DNA of 64,000 bases from an uncultured Pseudomonadota bacterium (GCA_963759165.1 CAVWXK010000001.1:3058164-3122163); one strand, 5' to 3'. Shown: positions 9,778-19,058, counted from the stretch's first letter. The notes: generated from the sequence alone by a model not told the origin. Numbers and translations are program-made.

Positions 9778-10247
9778 GGCTTCACTCCTTGGGCTTCATA
9801 GCCGACGAGCTCGATTTCAAAGTGACGCCCGCGGTTGATGAGCTGACGTGTGATGGAGCGCCGCAAGAGACGGCTTCCACCTCCGGGCCGGGTCCGGTGA
9901 AGGATGATCTTGCTAATCCGCTCGTCGCGGGCGAAGTCCGTCAAGGCCTGGGTTACATCCGGCGCTTTGAGCCAAACGACCTCGGCGCCCAAATCCGCGG
10001 CGAGGAAAAGGCTGTCGAGGAGGGCGTGAAACTTTTCGCTGGGGATGGCAGCGGTCGCCTCCCTGGGCGTTTCAACGTGGACCACAAAGAGTTCTCCTTC
10101 CTCTTCGCTCGTCGCGCGAACCACCTTGCGCAGCAGCGTCTCGGTGCCGGAGGCGTTTGCGGACAGGCAGAGCATGACACCTTTGCGCAGGCGGCGAGGT
10201 TGGGTTCGATTTCTGAACCGGAGGGCGCTGGTTGATCCGCTAGTCAT
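9774..10247 (-). CDS. Stand-alone KdpD-type universal stress protein (USP) domain protein
   Basis: 157 aa. VMLCLSANASGTETLLRKVVRAT...FVVHVETP...LAADLGAEVVWLKAPDV is clearly paralogous to the USP half of the preceding gene. ATG 10247 overlaps the upstream stop. Confidence 0.7.
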   Translation of the reverse strand: MTSGSTSALRFRNRTQPRRLRKGVMLCLSANASGTETLLRKVVRATSEEEGELFVVHVETPREATAAIPSEKFHALLDSLFLAADLGAEVVWLKAPDVTQALTDFARDERISKIILHRTRPGGGSRLLRRSITRQLINRGRHFEIELVGYEAQGVKP

Positions 10248-11395
10248 GATCCTGGCTGCCGAGGATTTCGACGTCGAAATCCTCGGCCTCGGAGATGAGG
10301 CGGTTGGTTATCGAGCGTCTCAGGATCAGGTTCCACAGACGCTTGTGTGTGCGGCCCACCACAATTCGGGTGATGTGCTTTTCGTGCGCGAAGTCGAGAA
10401 GCGGCTTCACGATGTCGGGGGACTTAAGCCAGACAACCTCGGCGCCCAGATCCGCCGCGAGGTTGATATTGTCGAGCAGGGCACGAAAATTACCGGTGCT
10501 GATCTTCTGGACCGACTCGGCTGGGGTCTCCACGTGCACCGCATACCAGTCGGCGTTTAGCTGGGCCGCGGTCCGCGAGGCCTTGCGCAAGAGCTGATCG
10601 CTGCCCTCCGGATTCGACGACAAACAGACCATGAGCCTCTCGGTTACGGCGGGCCTCCGTCCGCGCCCACGTTTGGCGAGCTCCAGGTCTTCGCGATGCC
10701 GGCTCTGGTCCCTGGCCACCTCGCGCAGAGCGAGCTCGCGCAGTGAGGCGAGATTGCTTGGCTTGAAGAAGTTCTTAAGCGCGTGCTCGACCTGCTCCGG
10801 GGGATAAATCTTTCCTTCACGCAGGCGTTCGCGAAGCTCCCCCACTGCGATGTCGACGGTCACCACCTGGTCGGCACGCGCCAGAAATCTATCCGGCAGC
10901 GTTTCTCTTACCTCGACCCCGGTTAACCGCTTGACCATCTGACTGAGGCTTTCCAGATGCTGGACGTTGAAAGCGGTGATGACGTTGATGCCGTTGGCAA
11001 CGAGTTCCTCGAACGTCCTGATAGCGCTTGGTGTGCCGGGAGCCCGGGGCGTTGGTGTGGGCTAACTCGTCGACCACGGCGATCTCGGGCTTACGCGCCA
11101 GCACGGCCTCAAGGTCCATCTCCTTGAGGACAACGCCGCGATAGGAGACTTCGCGCAAAGGGACGACTTCGAGGTCACCTAGCAAGGCTGCGGTATCGGC
11201 GCGCCCGTGAGTCTCGATTACGCCAATTACAACGTCATGTCCTTGAGCACGAAGCTGGTGCGCTTCCTGGAGCATGCGGTAGGTTTTCCCGACCCCCGCC
11301 GCTCCACCCACATAGATCTTGAGCCTGGCCTTCTGAGACCTCGGTACGAGGTCCAGAAAGGCTTCTGGCTCGCGGCGATCTTCCTCGTCACTCAT
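10240..11395 (-). CDS. kdpD: Soluble KdpD N-terminal sensor domain + USP domain protein (no kinase core); frame broken by one extra base near 11011
   Basis: P-loop GGAAGVGKTYRML and RHTKRYQDV. On the minus strand GAC GTT C GAG GAA: removing one base restores ...RYQDVEELVANGINVITAFNVQHLESLSQMV... and joins ORFs 10889..11395 and 10240..10938. A USP domain follows (RLMVCLSSNPEG...IVVGRT). Confidence 0.8.
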
Positions 11396-11589
11396 TCAGG
11401 CTTCTACTGGAGGGCCCCTGTCGCCATTACAGCTTGAGGAACAAATGGCCCTTTCATCTATTGTTGCCAAAGTCACGGGTAATGCCTACCAAGCGCGGGG
11501 CACGGCGCGGAGAGCCGCGGCCATCGGAAACGAGATCGGGCCGAGGTCTTGAAACGGGAGCCGCGCGCAATCGAGCACACGATACTGCC

Positions 11590-12174
11590 TCAGCGGGAGT
11601 TCGTGCCCAGGTCGTCGAGCGCCAGGTTGAGCATCACGACGTTTACTCCCGACTCGCCGACGACCCCGGCCCATCTGGGCCGCGTGTGCTCGCGTACCAG
11701 GCGTCGCACCGTGTCTTCGTTTAATCCTCGCGCCCTCGCGACGCGGGCAACCTGGAGCTCCGCCGCCGTCGGACTGATCTCGGGGTCGAGGCCGCTGCCG
11801 GAGGCAGTAACCAAATCCACCGGAACCCGTGACGCAGAGGTTCCAGGATTGTTCGCCAGAACGCCCTTGAGCTGCGCCCGCACGTTCTCGATGAGAGTCT
11901 TGTTGGTGGGGCCCAGGTTCGAGCCGCCGGAACTGGTCGCGTCGTAGCCTTTGTCCCCTGCGGCTGAGGGTCGCCCGTGGAAATAGCGCGGGCTGGTGAA
12001 GGTCTGACCAATCAGCGCCGAAGCGACGACCTTACCGTCGCGCGCTATCAGGCTGCCATTGGCTTGCCAGGGGAAGATAACCTGGGCGAGACCGAACACC
12101 AGCACCGGATAGATAATTCCAGTGAGGATCGTGAGTGCGCAGGTTAGTTTGAATGCGATCCGGAGATTGCGCAT
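11590..12174 (-). CDS. kdpC: K+-transporting ATPase subunit C
   Basis: 194 aa, N-terminal TM. Typical KdpC motifs GSLI, ASSGSNLGPTN-like (TSSGGSNLGPTN), SGSGLDPEISP. Confidence 0.95.
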   Translation of the reverse strand: MRNLRIAFKLTCALTILTGIIYPVLVFGLAQVIFPWQANGSLIARDGKVVASALIGQTFTSPRYFHGRPSAAGDKGYDATSSGGSNLGPTNKTLIENVRAQLKGVLANNPGTSASRVPVDLVTASGSGLDPEISPTAAELQVARVARARGLNEDTVRRLVREHTRPRWAGVVGESGVNVVMLNLALDDLGTNSR

Positions 12175-12183
12175 GGGCTTTTC

Positions 12184-14223
12184 CTAGATTAGGTGAAGTG
12201 CCGATATTACGAGGTCGATGGCTTTGATGCCGATGAAGGGGATTACCACTCCACCGACGCCGTAAATCAGGAGGTTGCGCGTAAGGATTGCCGACGCTCC
12301 CACGGGTCGGTATTGAACGCCTCGCAGAGCGAGCGGGATCAGGGCGATTATTATCAACGCGTTGAAGATCACCGCCGAGAGAATGGCGCTCTCGGGACTC
12401 GCGAGACGCATCACGTTGAGCGCCTGGAGCGCCGGGTAGCTAACGACGAACATCGCCGGGATTATCGCGAAGTACTTGGCAACGTCGTTTGCGATAGAAA
12501 AGGTGGTGAGCGCGCCGCGCGTCATCAGCAGCTGCTTGCCTATCTCAACCACCTCGAGAATCTTGGTCGGGTTGGAGTCAAGATCGATCATATTGCCGGC
12601 CTCGCGCGCGGCCTGGGTACCGGCGTTCATGGCGACCCCAACGTCGGCTTGAGCGAGCGCCGGGGCATCGTTGGTTCCGTCGCCGATCATCGCCACCAGC
12701 TTGCCCTGGGCCTGTTCTTCCCGAATCAGGCGCAGCTTCGTTTCGGGGGTAGCCTCGGCCAGAAAATCGTCGACCCCGGATTCACCTGCGATCGCCTGCG
12801 CGGTGAGCGGGTTGTCACCAGTGATCATGACGGTACGCATGCCCATCGCACGGAGCCTCGCGAACCGCTCTTTGATGCCCTCCTTGATAACGTCCTTGAG
12901 GTGGATGACCCCTAGAACGCGACCGCGATCCGCAACCGCGAGCGGCGTGCCGCCGCTACGCGCGATCCGCTCCACAATATCCTTAAGTTCGGTTGACAAC
13001 TCGCCGCCATGTTCGGTCACGAACTTCGCCACCTGGTCGTAAGCGCCCTTGCGGATAATGCGGCCGTTGAGGTCAACGCCGCTCATCCTGGTTTGCGCGG
13101 AGAAGGGAATGAAATGCGCTTCATGGTCGGCGAATTCCCGGCCGCGCAGATTGAACTGGCGTTTGGCCAGAACCGTGATGGAGCGGCCTTCAGGCGTCTC
13201 GTCGGCCAGCGAAGCCAACTGTGCGGCGTCGGCGAGTTGTTCCACTGGGACGCCTTTCACGGGAATGAACTCCGTCGCCATCCGGTTGCCGAGCGTGATC
13301 GTCCCGGTCTTGTCCAGTAAGAGGGTGTCCACGTCGCCCGCGGCTTCGACCGCGCGCCCGGACATGGCCAGCACGTTGTGCTGAACAAGCCGGTCCATTC
13401 CGGCGATGCCGATCGCGGAGAGCAGGCCCCCGATCGTGGTTGGGATGAGGCACACGAGCAGCGCGACCAACACCGGCAGTGAAAGCCTGGTGCCGCCGTA
13501 GAGCGCGAACGGGTAGAGCGTCACGACCACCAACAGGAAGACTATCGTAAGGCCCGAAAGCAGGATGCTGAGAGCGATCTCGTTGGGCGTCTTTTGGCGA
13601 TGAGCGCCCTCGACCAGCGCGATCATGCGATCGAGGAAGCTCTCACCGGGATTCGCCGTGATACGGACTTTGATCCAGTCGGAGATAACCGTGGTACCAC
13701 CGGTCACGGCGCTTCGGTCGCCGCCGCTTTCACGGATCACCGGAGCCGATTCGCCGGTTATCGCCGCTTCGTTGACCGCCGCCACACCTTCGATGACCTC
13801 GCCGTCGCCCGGAATGATGTCGCCCGCTTCGATCAGGACTACGTCGCCGCGACGCAACGACGGGGCTGGAACCATGATGGTTGCGCCGTCGCGGATAAGC
13901 TTGGCCTGGGTGTCGGTGCGGGTTTTCCTCAGTGCATCCGCCTGCGCCTTGCCCCGGCCCTCGGCCATCGCCTCCGCGAAGTTTGCGAACAGGACCGTGA
14001 ACCAGAGCCAGAGCGCGATCTGGGCCTCGAAAACCGCTAGCGCGGCATGGCCTTCAACCGCGTCGCGGAACAGGCTGATCGTGGTAAGAACGCTCGTCAC
14101 CTCGACCACGAACATCACCGGATTCTTGACCATCAGACGGGGGTCGAGCTTGCGCAGCGAGTCGATCGCCGCCCGGCCGACTATGTTCCTGTCCCAGATC
14201 GAACTTTGTTTTCGGGTCGCCAT
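12184..14223 (-). CDS. kdpB: K+-transporting P-type ATPase subunit B
   Basis: 679 aa. P-type signatures [36 protein letters not shown]. Confidence 0.97.
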   Translation of the reverse strand: MATRKQSSIWDRNIVGRAAIDSLRKLDPRLMVKNPVMFVVEVTSVLTTISLFRDAVEGHAALAVFEAQIALWLWFTVLFANFAEAMAEGRGKAQADALRKTRTDTQAKLIRDGATIMVPAPSLRRGDVVLIEAGDIIPGDGEVIEGVAAVNEAAITGESAPVIRESGGDRSAVTGGTTVISDWIKVRITANPGESFLDRMIALVEGAHRQKTPNEIALSILLSGLTIVFLLVVVTLYPFALYGGTRLSLPVLVALLVCLIPTTIGGLLSAIGIAGMDRLVQHNVLAMSGRAVEAAGDVDTLLLDKTGTITLGNRMATEFIPVKGVPVEQLADAAQLASLADETPEGRSITVLAKRQFNLRGREFADHEAHFIPFSAQTRMSGVDLNGRIIRKGAYDQVAKFVTEHGGELSTELKDIVERIARSGGTPLAVADRGRVLGVIHLKDVIKEGIKERFARLRAMGMRTVMITGDNPLTAQAIAGESGVDDFLAEATPETKLRLIREEQAQGKLVAMIGDGTNDAPALAQADVGVAMNAGTQAAREAGNMIDLDSNPTKILEVVEIGKQLLMTRGALTTFSIANDVAKYFAIIPAMFVVSYPALQALNVMRLASPESAILSAVIFNALIIIALIPLALRGVQYRPVGASAILTRNLLIYGVGGVVIPFIGIKAIDLVISALHLI

Positions 14224-14238
14224 TAGTCTCTTTCTCGA

Positions 14239-15966
14239 TCAGTAGGTTATGCCGGCAAGCATCTGGAGATGCTCGATCACGGGTCCGAGCGCGAGCGCCG
14301 GAAAAAACGTGAGGGCGCCGACTATCAGGATCACGCCGATGAGAAGTCCGACGAATATCGGACTGGTGGTCGGAAAAGTCCCCGCGCTCGGGGGAATCGA
14401 TTTCTTGGGCGCCAGCGAGCCTGCCAGCGCCAAAGCCGGGATCGCCATCATGAAGCGTCCGAACAGCATCCCAATGGCTAGTGTCCAATTGTAGAAGTTG
14501 GTATTGGCGTTGAGGCCGGCGAATGCGGACCCGTTGTTTCCGGCCGCTTGCGAGTATGCGTACATGATTTGCGAGAAACCGTGAGGTCCAGGATTCGATA
14601 TTCCGGCGAGGCCCGCGGAAAGAACGCACGCGGCGGCGGTCCCGAACAGGATTATCGCGGGAAAAATCAGTACATAGAGCATCGCCAGCTTCATTTCCCG
14701 GCTTTCGATCTTCTTTCCGAGGTACTCGGGCGTCCGGCCGACCATGAGGCCGGCGATAAAAACCGACAGTATCGCCATTACCAGCATCCCGTAGAGACCG
14801 GAACCGACGCCGCCGAAGATCACTTCTCCAAGCTGGATATTCACCAGCGGCACGAGACCGCCGAGCGGCGTGAAACTGTCGTGCATCGCGTTTACCGCAC
14901 CGCAGGAGGTGTCAGTAGTCACGGTTGCCCAGAGAGCCGAATCCACTATTCCGAAACGGACCTCCTTGCCCTCCATGTTGCCGCCGCTTTCGGTGGCCGA
15001 GGCGGAGGTATTGATTCCCAATGCCGCTATCTCCGGGTTTCCGCGTTGCTCGCTCCATATCGCGACGGCCGCGCCCATCACGAACAACAGGGTCATGGCC
15101 GCGAACAGCGTCCACCCCTGGCGCGTGTCTCCCGCCATCCTGCCGAAGGTATTGGTCAGGCCGGCGCCGATGGCGAAGATCGCGAGCATCTCAAGCAGGT
15201 TGGTAAGCGGAGTCGGATTCTCGTAAGGGTGGGCCGAGTTCGCGTTGAAGAAACCGCCACCATTGGTGCCGAGTTCCTTGATGATTTCCTGGGAGGCCAC
15301 TGGCCCTTGAGCGACGACCTGTTCCGCACCCTCGAGAGTCTTGGCGTGAGTGTAGGGGCTGAAGTTTTGTGGAACTCCCTGCCAAACCAGAACCAGCGCG
15401 AACACGATGCACAGCGGGAGCAGGATCCAAAGCGTGGCGCGCGTTAGATCAACCCAAAAGTTGCCAAGGGTTTTGGTGGAGCGACGCACGAAGCCGCGAA
15501 TGATGGCGATCGCCATCGCGATACCTGAGGCCGCTGAGACAAAGTTGTGATACGCCAGACCCGTCATCTGGGTCAGATAGCCCATCGTGGTTTCGCCGGC
15601 GTAGGCCTGCCAATTGGTGTTGGTACTGAAACTGGCGGCGGTGTTGAAAGCCAGGGCCGGAGATACACCAGGCAGACCCTGCGGATTAAGCGGAAGAACT
15701 CCTTGCAGCCGCTCGATGGCGTAGAGCGTCAGCATGCCGACCAGGCTGAATAGAAGCATGCTTACCGAGTACTCGACCCAGGTCATCTCGATTCCCGGCT
15801 GGATGCCGCAAGTCCGATAAATGAGTCGCTCAAAAGGTCTCAGGACGGGGTCGAGGAATGTGCGCCGGCCCGAGAAAACATTCGTCATATAGGCGCCCAA
15901 AGGCACCGTCACCGCGAGAACCAGGAAAAAAAAGACGGCAACCTGGATCAGAGCATTGGTCAGCAT
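14239..15966 (-). CDS. kdpA: K+-transporting ATPase subunit A
   Basis: 575 aa polytopic protein. KdpA-typical segments [19 protein letters not shown] and [21 protein letters not shown]. Confidence 0.97.
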   Translation of the reverse strand: MLTNALIQVAVFFFLVLAVTVPLGAYMTNVFSGRRTFLDPVLRPFERLIYRTCGIQPGIEMTWVEYSVSMLLFSLVGMLTLYAIERLQGVLPLNPQGLPGVSPALAFNTAASFSTNTNWQAYAGETTMGYLTQMTGLAYHNFVSAASGIAMAIAIIRGFVRRSTKTLGNFWVDLTRATLWILLPLCIVFALVLVWQGVPQNFSPYTHAKTLEGAEQVVAQGPVASQEIIKELGTNGGGFFNANSAHPYENPTPLTNLLEMLAIFAIGAGLTNTFGRMAGDTRQGWTLFAAMTLLFVMGAAVAIWSEQRGNPEIAALGINTSASATESGGNMEGKEVRFGIVDSALWATVTTDTSCGAVNAMHDSFTPLGGLVPLVNIQLGEVIFGGVGSGLYGMLVMAILSVFIAGLMVGRTPEYLGKKIESREMKLAMLYVLIFPAIILFGTAAACVLSAGLAGISNPGPHGFSQIMYAYSQAAGNNGSAFAGLNANTNFYNWTLAIGMLFGRFMMAIPALALAGSLAPKKSIPPSAGTFPTTSPIFVGLLIGVILIVGALTFFPALALGPVIEHLQMLAGITY

Positions 15967-15984
15967 GTGTTCGTTCCAGTTCGG

Positions 15985-16077
15985 TCAGAATTTCTCGGGG
16001 CGCAGCAGGGCGTAGACCAGGTAGACGAGCAAACCCACGGACACGAGTGAGCCCAGTATCAGTTCCCAAAGAGTCAT
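15985..16077 (-). CDS. kdpF: K+-transporting ATPase subunit F (30 aa)
   Basis: Not in the ORF track. Manual translation gives MTLWELILGSLVSVGLLVYLVYALLRPEKF-stop: a single TM with the KdpF-like ending YLxYALLRPEKF, 18 nt upstream of kdpA. Confidence 0.7.
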   Translation of the reverse strand: MTLWELILGSLVSVGLLVYLVYALLRPEKF

Positions 16078-16157
16078 AGGAGATCACATCCCCGGACGTA
16101 AGCGATACTCACGAGGAAGAAAGCTACCGTGACCACTATCGATAAGAAGTCGACCAT
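16074..16157 (-). CDS. Candidate 27-aa hydrophobic peptide translationally coupled to kdpF
   Basis: Manual translation gives MVDFLSIVVTVAFFLVSIAYVRGCDLL-stop. GAGGG lies 5 nt upstream of this ATG (an in-frame ATG at 16169 would add MRVV). Its TGA overlaps the kdpF ATG (ATGA). Confidence 0.35.
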   Translation of the reverse strand: MVDFLSIVVTVAFFLVSIAYVRGCDLL

Positions 16158-16273
16158 AACGACCCTCATCCAACGCAACTCCTATGCCGCCGAAAGATCA
16201 ACGATTTATATGGATTGCAGGCGATGCGCGGCCGCAAGTTTTTCAAAGTGAAATGAGATGAAGCGTTCAGTTT

Positions 16274-16307
16274 GAAAAGCGGGAAGCCTCTCGGAACGCT
16301 GCTTCGC
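16274..16307 (-). terminator. Terminator-like hairpin inside the kdp leader (possible attenuator)
   Basis: Minus strand GCGAAGC-N13-GCTTC(CC)GC followed by TTTTCAAA, about 110 nt upstream of the small ORF/kdpF. The stem has a 2-nt bulge and the U-tract is short. Confidence 0.25.
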
Positions 16308-16489
16308 TAGTCAAACCACCCCTGACCCGCCCCGTGAAAGTGTGCCGTCCGGCGATAGAGATTTCGGCCGGGTGTGGTCGGTTGGTGCCGGTATTTCCAG
16401 TTCGAAATCCCGATTCGGACTCGCGGCGAAAGGTAGCTTAGCTTGACAAGATCTTCCGGCGCTCCGTACGGTCTGGCCTGCACCCCGCG

Positions 16490-16750
16490 ATGCAAGTTTT
16501 TTTAAGCGATCCGGGTTACTCGCAGATAGCCGGTCAGTGGCGGGATCTGATGGCCGGGAAGTATCTCGACTGGATGCCGATACGGCTCTACGCCGCGCAT
16601 GGATTCGCTGCCGCGATCGCATACGCAGGGGTGCCATTGGCGATGATGACTTGGGCGATCATCAGTCTGAGAAAGCTTCTCCTGAGCGCCAACGGCATCG
16701 GCGCGCCTATCCAACCGGAATCGCAACGGATCTCGTTGAAGACCCCGTAG
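16490..16750 (+). CDS. Hypothetical small membrane protein (weakly supported)
   Basis: 86-aa ORF with one hydrophobic helix (GFAAAIAYAGVPLAMMTWAIISL). Moderately GC3-biased codons. TTGACA-N18-TACGGT lies just upstream. The stop is embedded in hairpin 16742..16756. No recognisable family and no clear SD. Confidence 0.2.
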   Translation: MQVFLSDPGYSQIAGQWRDLMAGKYLDWMPIRLYAAHGFAAAIAYAGVPLAMMTWAIISLRKLLLSANGIGAPIQPESQRISLKTP

Positions 16751-16756
16751 CGGGGT
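16742..16756. terminator. Short GC hairpin between convergent genes
   Basis: ACCCCG-TAG-CGGGGT (6-bp stem) between ORF 16490..16750 (+) and the GT39-like gene end (16798, -). No U-tract on either strand. Confidence 0.2.
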
Positions 16757-16797
16757 TAGCGTCATCTACAAATAGTTCGTATGCGCCCAGGCCGAAA

Positions 16798-18360
16798 TCA
16801 CTTCAATTCCCAGATTCGGATTCTCGGCCCGGGCCGCTCCATGCTGGCGATGCTCCCGATCGGCGCGTAATAGGCGTCCTGAGCATCGACGATCGGCGCC
16901 CGAGCACCGCGCTTCACCGGATCGATGTCGAGAACGAGGGCCCCCTGTGAATTCAGCGCCGCAAGCTCCGCCTCTGACGGGCCGCGCGAATAGAACGATA
17001 TCGGCGCGAAGCTGTCCGACAGGACCCAGTGAATGCCCCTGACGTGTAATGTCGCGGGATCGCCGAATTCAACGAAGTTGTAAGCGGAGGTCACCTGTGG
17101 CTTGCCGCATAGATTGCCCCGGTCGGTCACCGCAATCACACTTCCCCTAGGAATATGTTCCTCAATCCATTGCCTCGCCAACGTTCGACTATCCGGCCGC
17201 AAGAGCAGGCGGTCGAGCTCAACATCGCGGATCAGCGACGGCAGCAGGAGAAGGCCAAGCCCGAGGCCGACCACGGCGGTGGCGATTTTTTTGCCCAGAC
17301 GAGCGGAGAGCATCGAGCCGGCCTGAGCCGCCGCGATGCCGCCGAGAATCGCCATCGCCGGCAACGGAACAATCAGGTAGCGATAGAATACGTAGCGGCT
17401 GCCGGTCATGCCGAGGAACGCGACGCCGACGAACGCAAGCAAGGAAAGCGTCCCGGGCTTGGGCCGGATAAGCGCCCACAGCATCGACGCGAGCAAAAAG
17501 AGCTGCAGGCCGATGCCGAAACTATCCGGCATAGCTCGCAGCAGAAGCCACGACCATCCGTGGCCGGCCTGCGGGTTCGGCAGTCCGTCGAGCACGAAGC
17601 CTCTTTGATAAACGAAATCGTTCACGGTCTGCTGCCAATCGAGAATGAAATAGGGCGTCGCGCAAACGAAGGCGACCACGGTTACGTAGCCGGCCAAATA
17701 GATCCGCAGATCGCGGTAGGAGCGCAGCAAGGATCGGCCCTCGCGACGGCGGGCGCCGAGATGAGCCGCCGCGATGCCGAACGCTATCGCGCCGGCCGGG
17801 TACTTGGTGGCGGTCGCCAGTCCGGCGAAGAAACCGGCGCCGGCGTAATCGCGGTAACAGCCACGATGCACGATTCGCAGAATCATCGCGATCGCCATCG
17901 TGAGCCAGAACCCCATCGCCGCGTCGGTGGTGGCATACTTCGCCTCGCGCATATGGAGCGTTGAGACGGCGAGAATCGCCGCGGCGCTCAGCGCGGCCTC
18001 CGTTCCGAACGCGGGCGCCGCGGCGAAATAGATCGCCGGCACGGTAGCCGTCGCGAAAGCAGCCGAGACGCGGCGCACGATCAGACAGGCGCGACTTCCG
18101 TCGTCGCCGCCGAAAGCCGCGCCAAACTCCTCGCCCGCAACCGCCGCGTATATCCGAAGCGCGGCGTGGTTTACGTACATTTGTGCAGCCGGGTAGATGG
18201 CGAAGTTCGGATTCCAGTCCTGCTGGAAGCCGAGCGCGCGCGACATCATATATTCTTCATCCGGCCTATATCTGTCCGGGAGGCCGAAACTGGTCGCGGT
18301 GAACCGCAACCATCCCGCCATCAGGGTCAGCAGCGCGAGGATAACGAAACGCGCCTTCAC
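16798..18360 (-). CDS. Polytopic GT-C glycosyltransferase, family 39/ArnT-PMT-like
   Basis: Preferred start is GTG at 18360, overlapping the upstream stop as GTGA (MKARFVILALLTLMAGWLRF...); the track's TTG 18411 is an alternative. First-loop acidic motif RYRPDEEYMMSRAL. More than 10 TM helices, then a soluble C-terminal domain. Confidence 0.65.
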   Translation of the reverse strand: MKARFVILALLTLMAGWLRFTATSFGLPDRYRPDEEYMMSRALGFQQDWNPNFAIYPAAQMYVNHAALRIYAAVAGEEFGAAFGGDDGSRACLIVRRVSAAFATATVPAIYFAAAPAFGTEAALSAAAILAVSTLHMREAKYATTDAAMGFWLTMAIAMILRIVHRGCYRDYAGAGFFAGLATATKYPAGAIAFGIAAAHLGARRREGRSLLRSYRDLRIYLAGYVTVVAFVCATPYFILDWQQTVNDFVYQRGFVLDGLPNPQAGHGWSWLLLRAMPDSFGIGLQLFLLASMLWALIRPKPGTLSLLAFVGVAFLGMTGSRYVFYRYLIVPLPAMAILGGIAAAQAGSMLSARLGKKIATAVVGLGLGLLLLPSLIRDVELDRLLLRPDSRTLARQWIEEHIPRGSVIAVTDRGNLCGKPQVTSAYNFVEFGDPATLHVRGIHWVLSDSFAPISFYSRGPSEAELAALNSQGALVLDIDPVKRGARAPIVDAQDAYYAPIGSIASMERPGPRIRIWELK

Positions 18361-19058
18361 GGCGGGATTCTCGATGACGGCGGTAGTAGATAGCGCCAGA
18401 GCAGCAGGCAAATCCCAACCGCGAGCAGCGCCTCCACCAATGCCCGGATTCGCGAACGGTCGGCGTCGGAAGCCGCCGCCTTCTCAGCCGTCGCGCCGCC
18501 TTCGGCTAAGTTTGCCTCCACCTCCTCGAAAGATATTCCGCTAAAGTATGCGGTGCCCGTGTTCAGAGCGCCGTAGCCGCCCAGACGGCACGCAAGCTCA
18601 ACGGAGGTTTCTCCGGGATCGGTCTTCACGCGAAATCCCACCCGCTGCCAATCATGTGTTCCGCGAATGTCGCCGGAGATGTAGGGCCGGTCCATTACTG
18701 TGATGTGAGCGCCGAGCCCACCTCCTACACCGACATTTTCGGTCCTGATCCATCCCGAGACCCAATATGATTTCGAGGGAGTCACGCGCACGGTCTGAAC
18801 CCATCGCGCGTCGTTCGGTTTGAGGCTCGATATGATGATCGTTCCGATCCCGGTCGCGCCTGCGATCCAGGTGAATCGCGTCGCCGACGGGTCGGAATCG
18901 AAAGCCACATGGCTCCAGCCCTCGGGCTGGCCGCCGATGCCGCGCGAAAACAGGCCGTTGCGAACCAGATCGGATGCCGCCGCCGGCGACGACCAGGCCA
19001 GCACGATTACAAAAACGAGGCTGAGAAGCCGGTCACAGGTTCGATAGCGAATGATCAT
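18357..19058 (-). CDS. Secreted/anchored CBM-like (CBM4/9-type beta-sandwich) protein with a C-terminal TM anchor
   Basis: Signal peptide ...SSPAAASD. NGLFSRGIGGQPEGW start typical of CBM_4_9-like modules. C-terminal helix LVEALLAVGICLLLW. About 85% identical to the N-terminus of the 710-aa protein. Confidence 0.6.
   Translation of the reverse strand: MIIRYRTCDRLLSLVFVIVLAWSSPAAASDLVRNGLFSRGIGGQPEGWSHVAFDSDPSATRFTWIAGATGIGTIIISSLKPNDARWVQTVRVTPSKSYWVSGWIRTENVGVGGGLGAHITVMDRPYISGDIRGTHDWQRVGFRVKTDPGETSVELACRLGGYGALNTGTAYFSGISFEEVEANLAEGGATAEKAAASDADRSRIRALVEALLAVGICLLLWRYLLPPSSRIPP
18545..18985 (-). repeat. Copy A of a duplicated CBM-module coding segment
   Basis: Colinear with 22445..22885 at a constant 3900-nt offset without indels. 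Roughly 85% nucleotide identity by eye. Confidence 0.85.

Noticed and set aside
10990-11030. Programmed ribosomal frameshifting as an explanation for the split kdpD-N (and likewise for folP, ftsH, ccmC, KirBac, dnaJ-like)
   Set aside because: There is no slippery heptamer or obvious downstream stimulatory structure at any of the sites. Unrelated genes, including essential ones, are affected, and five of them cluster in 6.5 kb. A sequencing or consensus error is the more economical explanation.
14054-14629. 191-aa minus-strand ORF bridging the kdpA/kdpB junction
   Set aside because: It overlaps both kdpA and kdpB out of frame, and the kdpA and kdpB frames are complete and canonical. It is spurious.
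16617-16636. TGGCAC-containing sequence (minus strand TGGCACCCCTGCGTATGC) as a sigma54 -24/-12 promoter for kdp
   Set aside because: The GG-to-GC spacing does not fit TGGCAC-N5-TTGC: GC dinucleotides fall 8 and 14 nt after the GG instead of 11. It also lies far upstream, inside the possible ORF 16490..16750.
18357-18411. The 233-aa CBM-TM ORF and the GT39-like ORF as a single fused gene broken by a frameshift (by analogy with the 710-aa fusion)
   Set aside because: The 233-aa protein ends after a complete TM anchor, and its TGA overlaps an in-frame GTG (GTGA) that gives a sensible GT39 N-terminus (MKARFVILALL...). This classic translational-coupling junction makes a genuine two-gene arrangement more likely. 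It is not fully excluded without reads.
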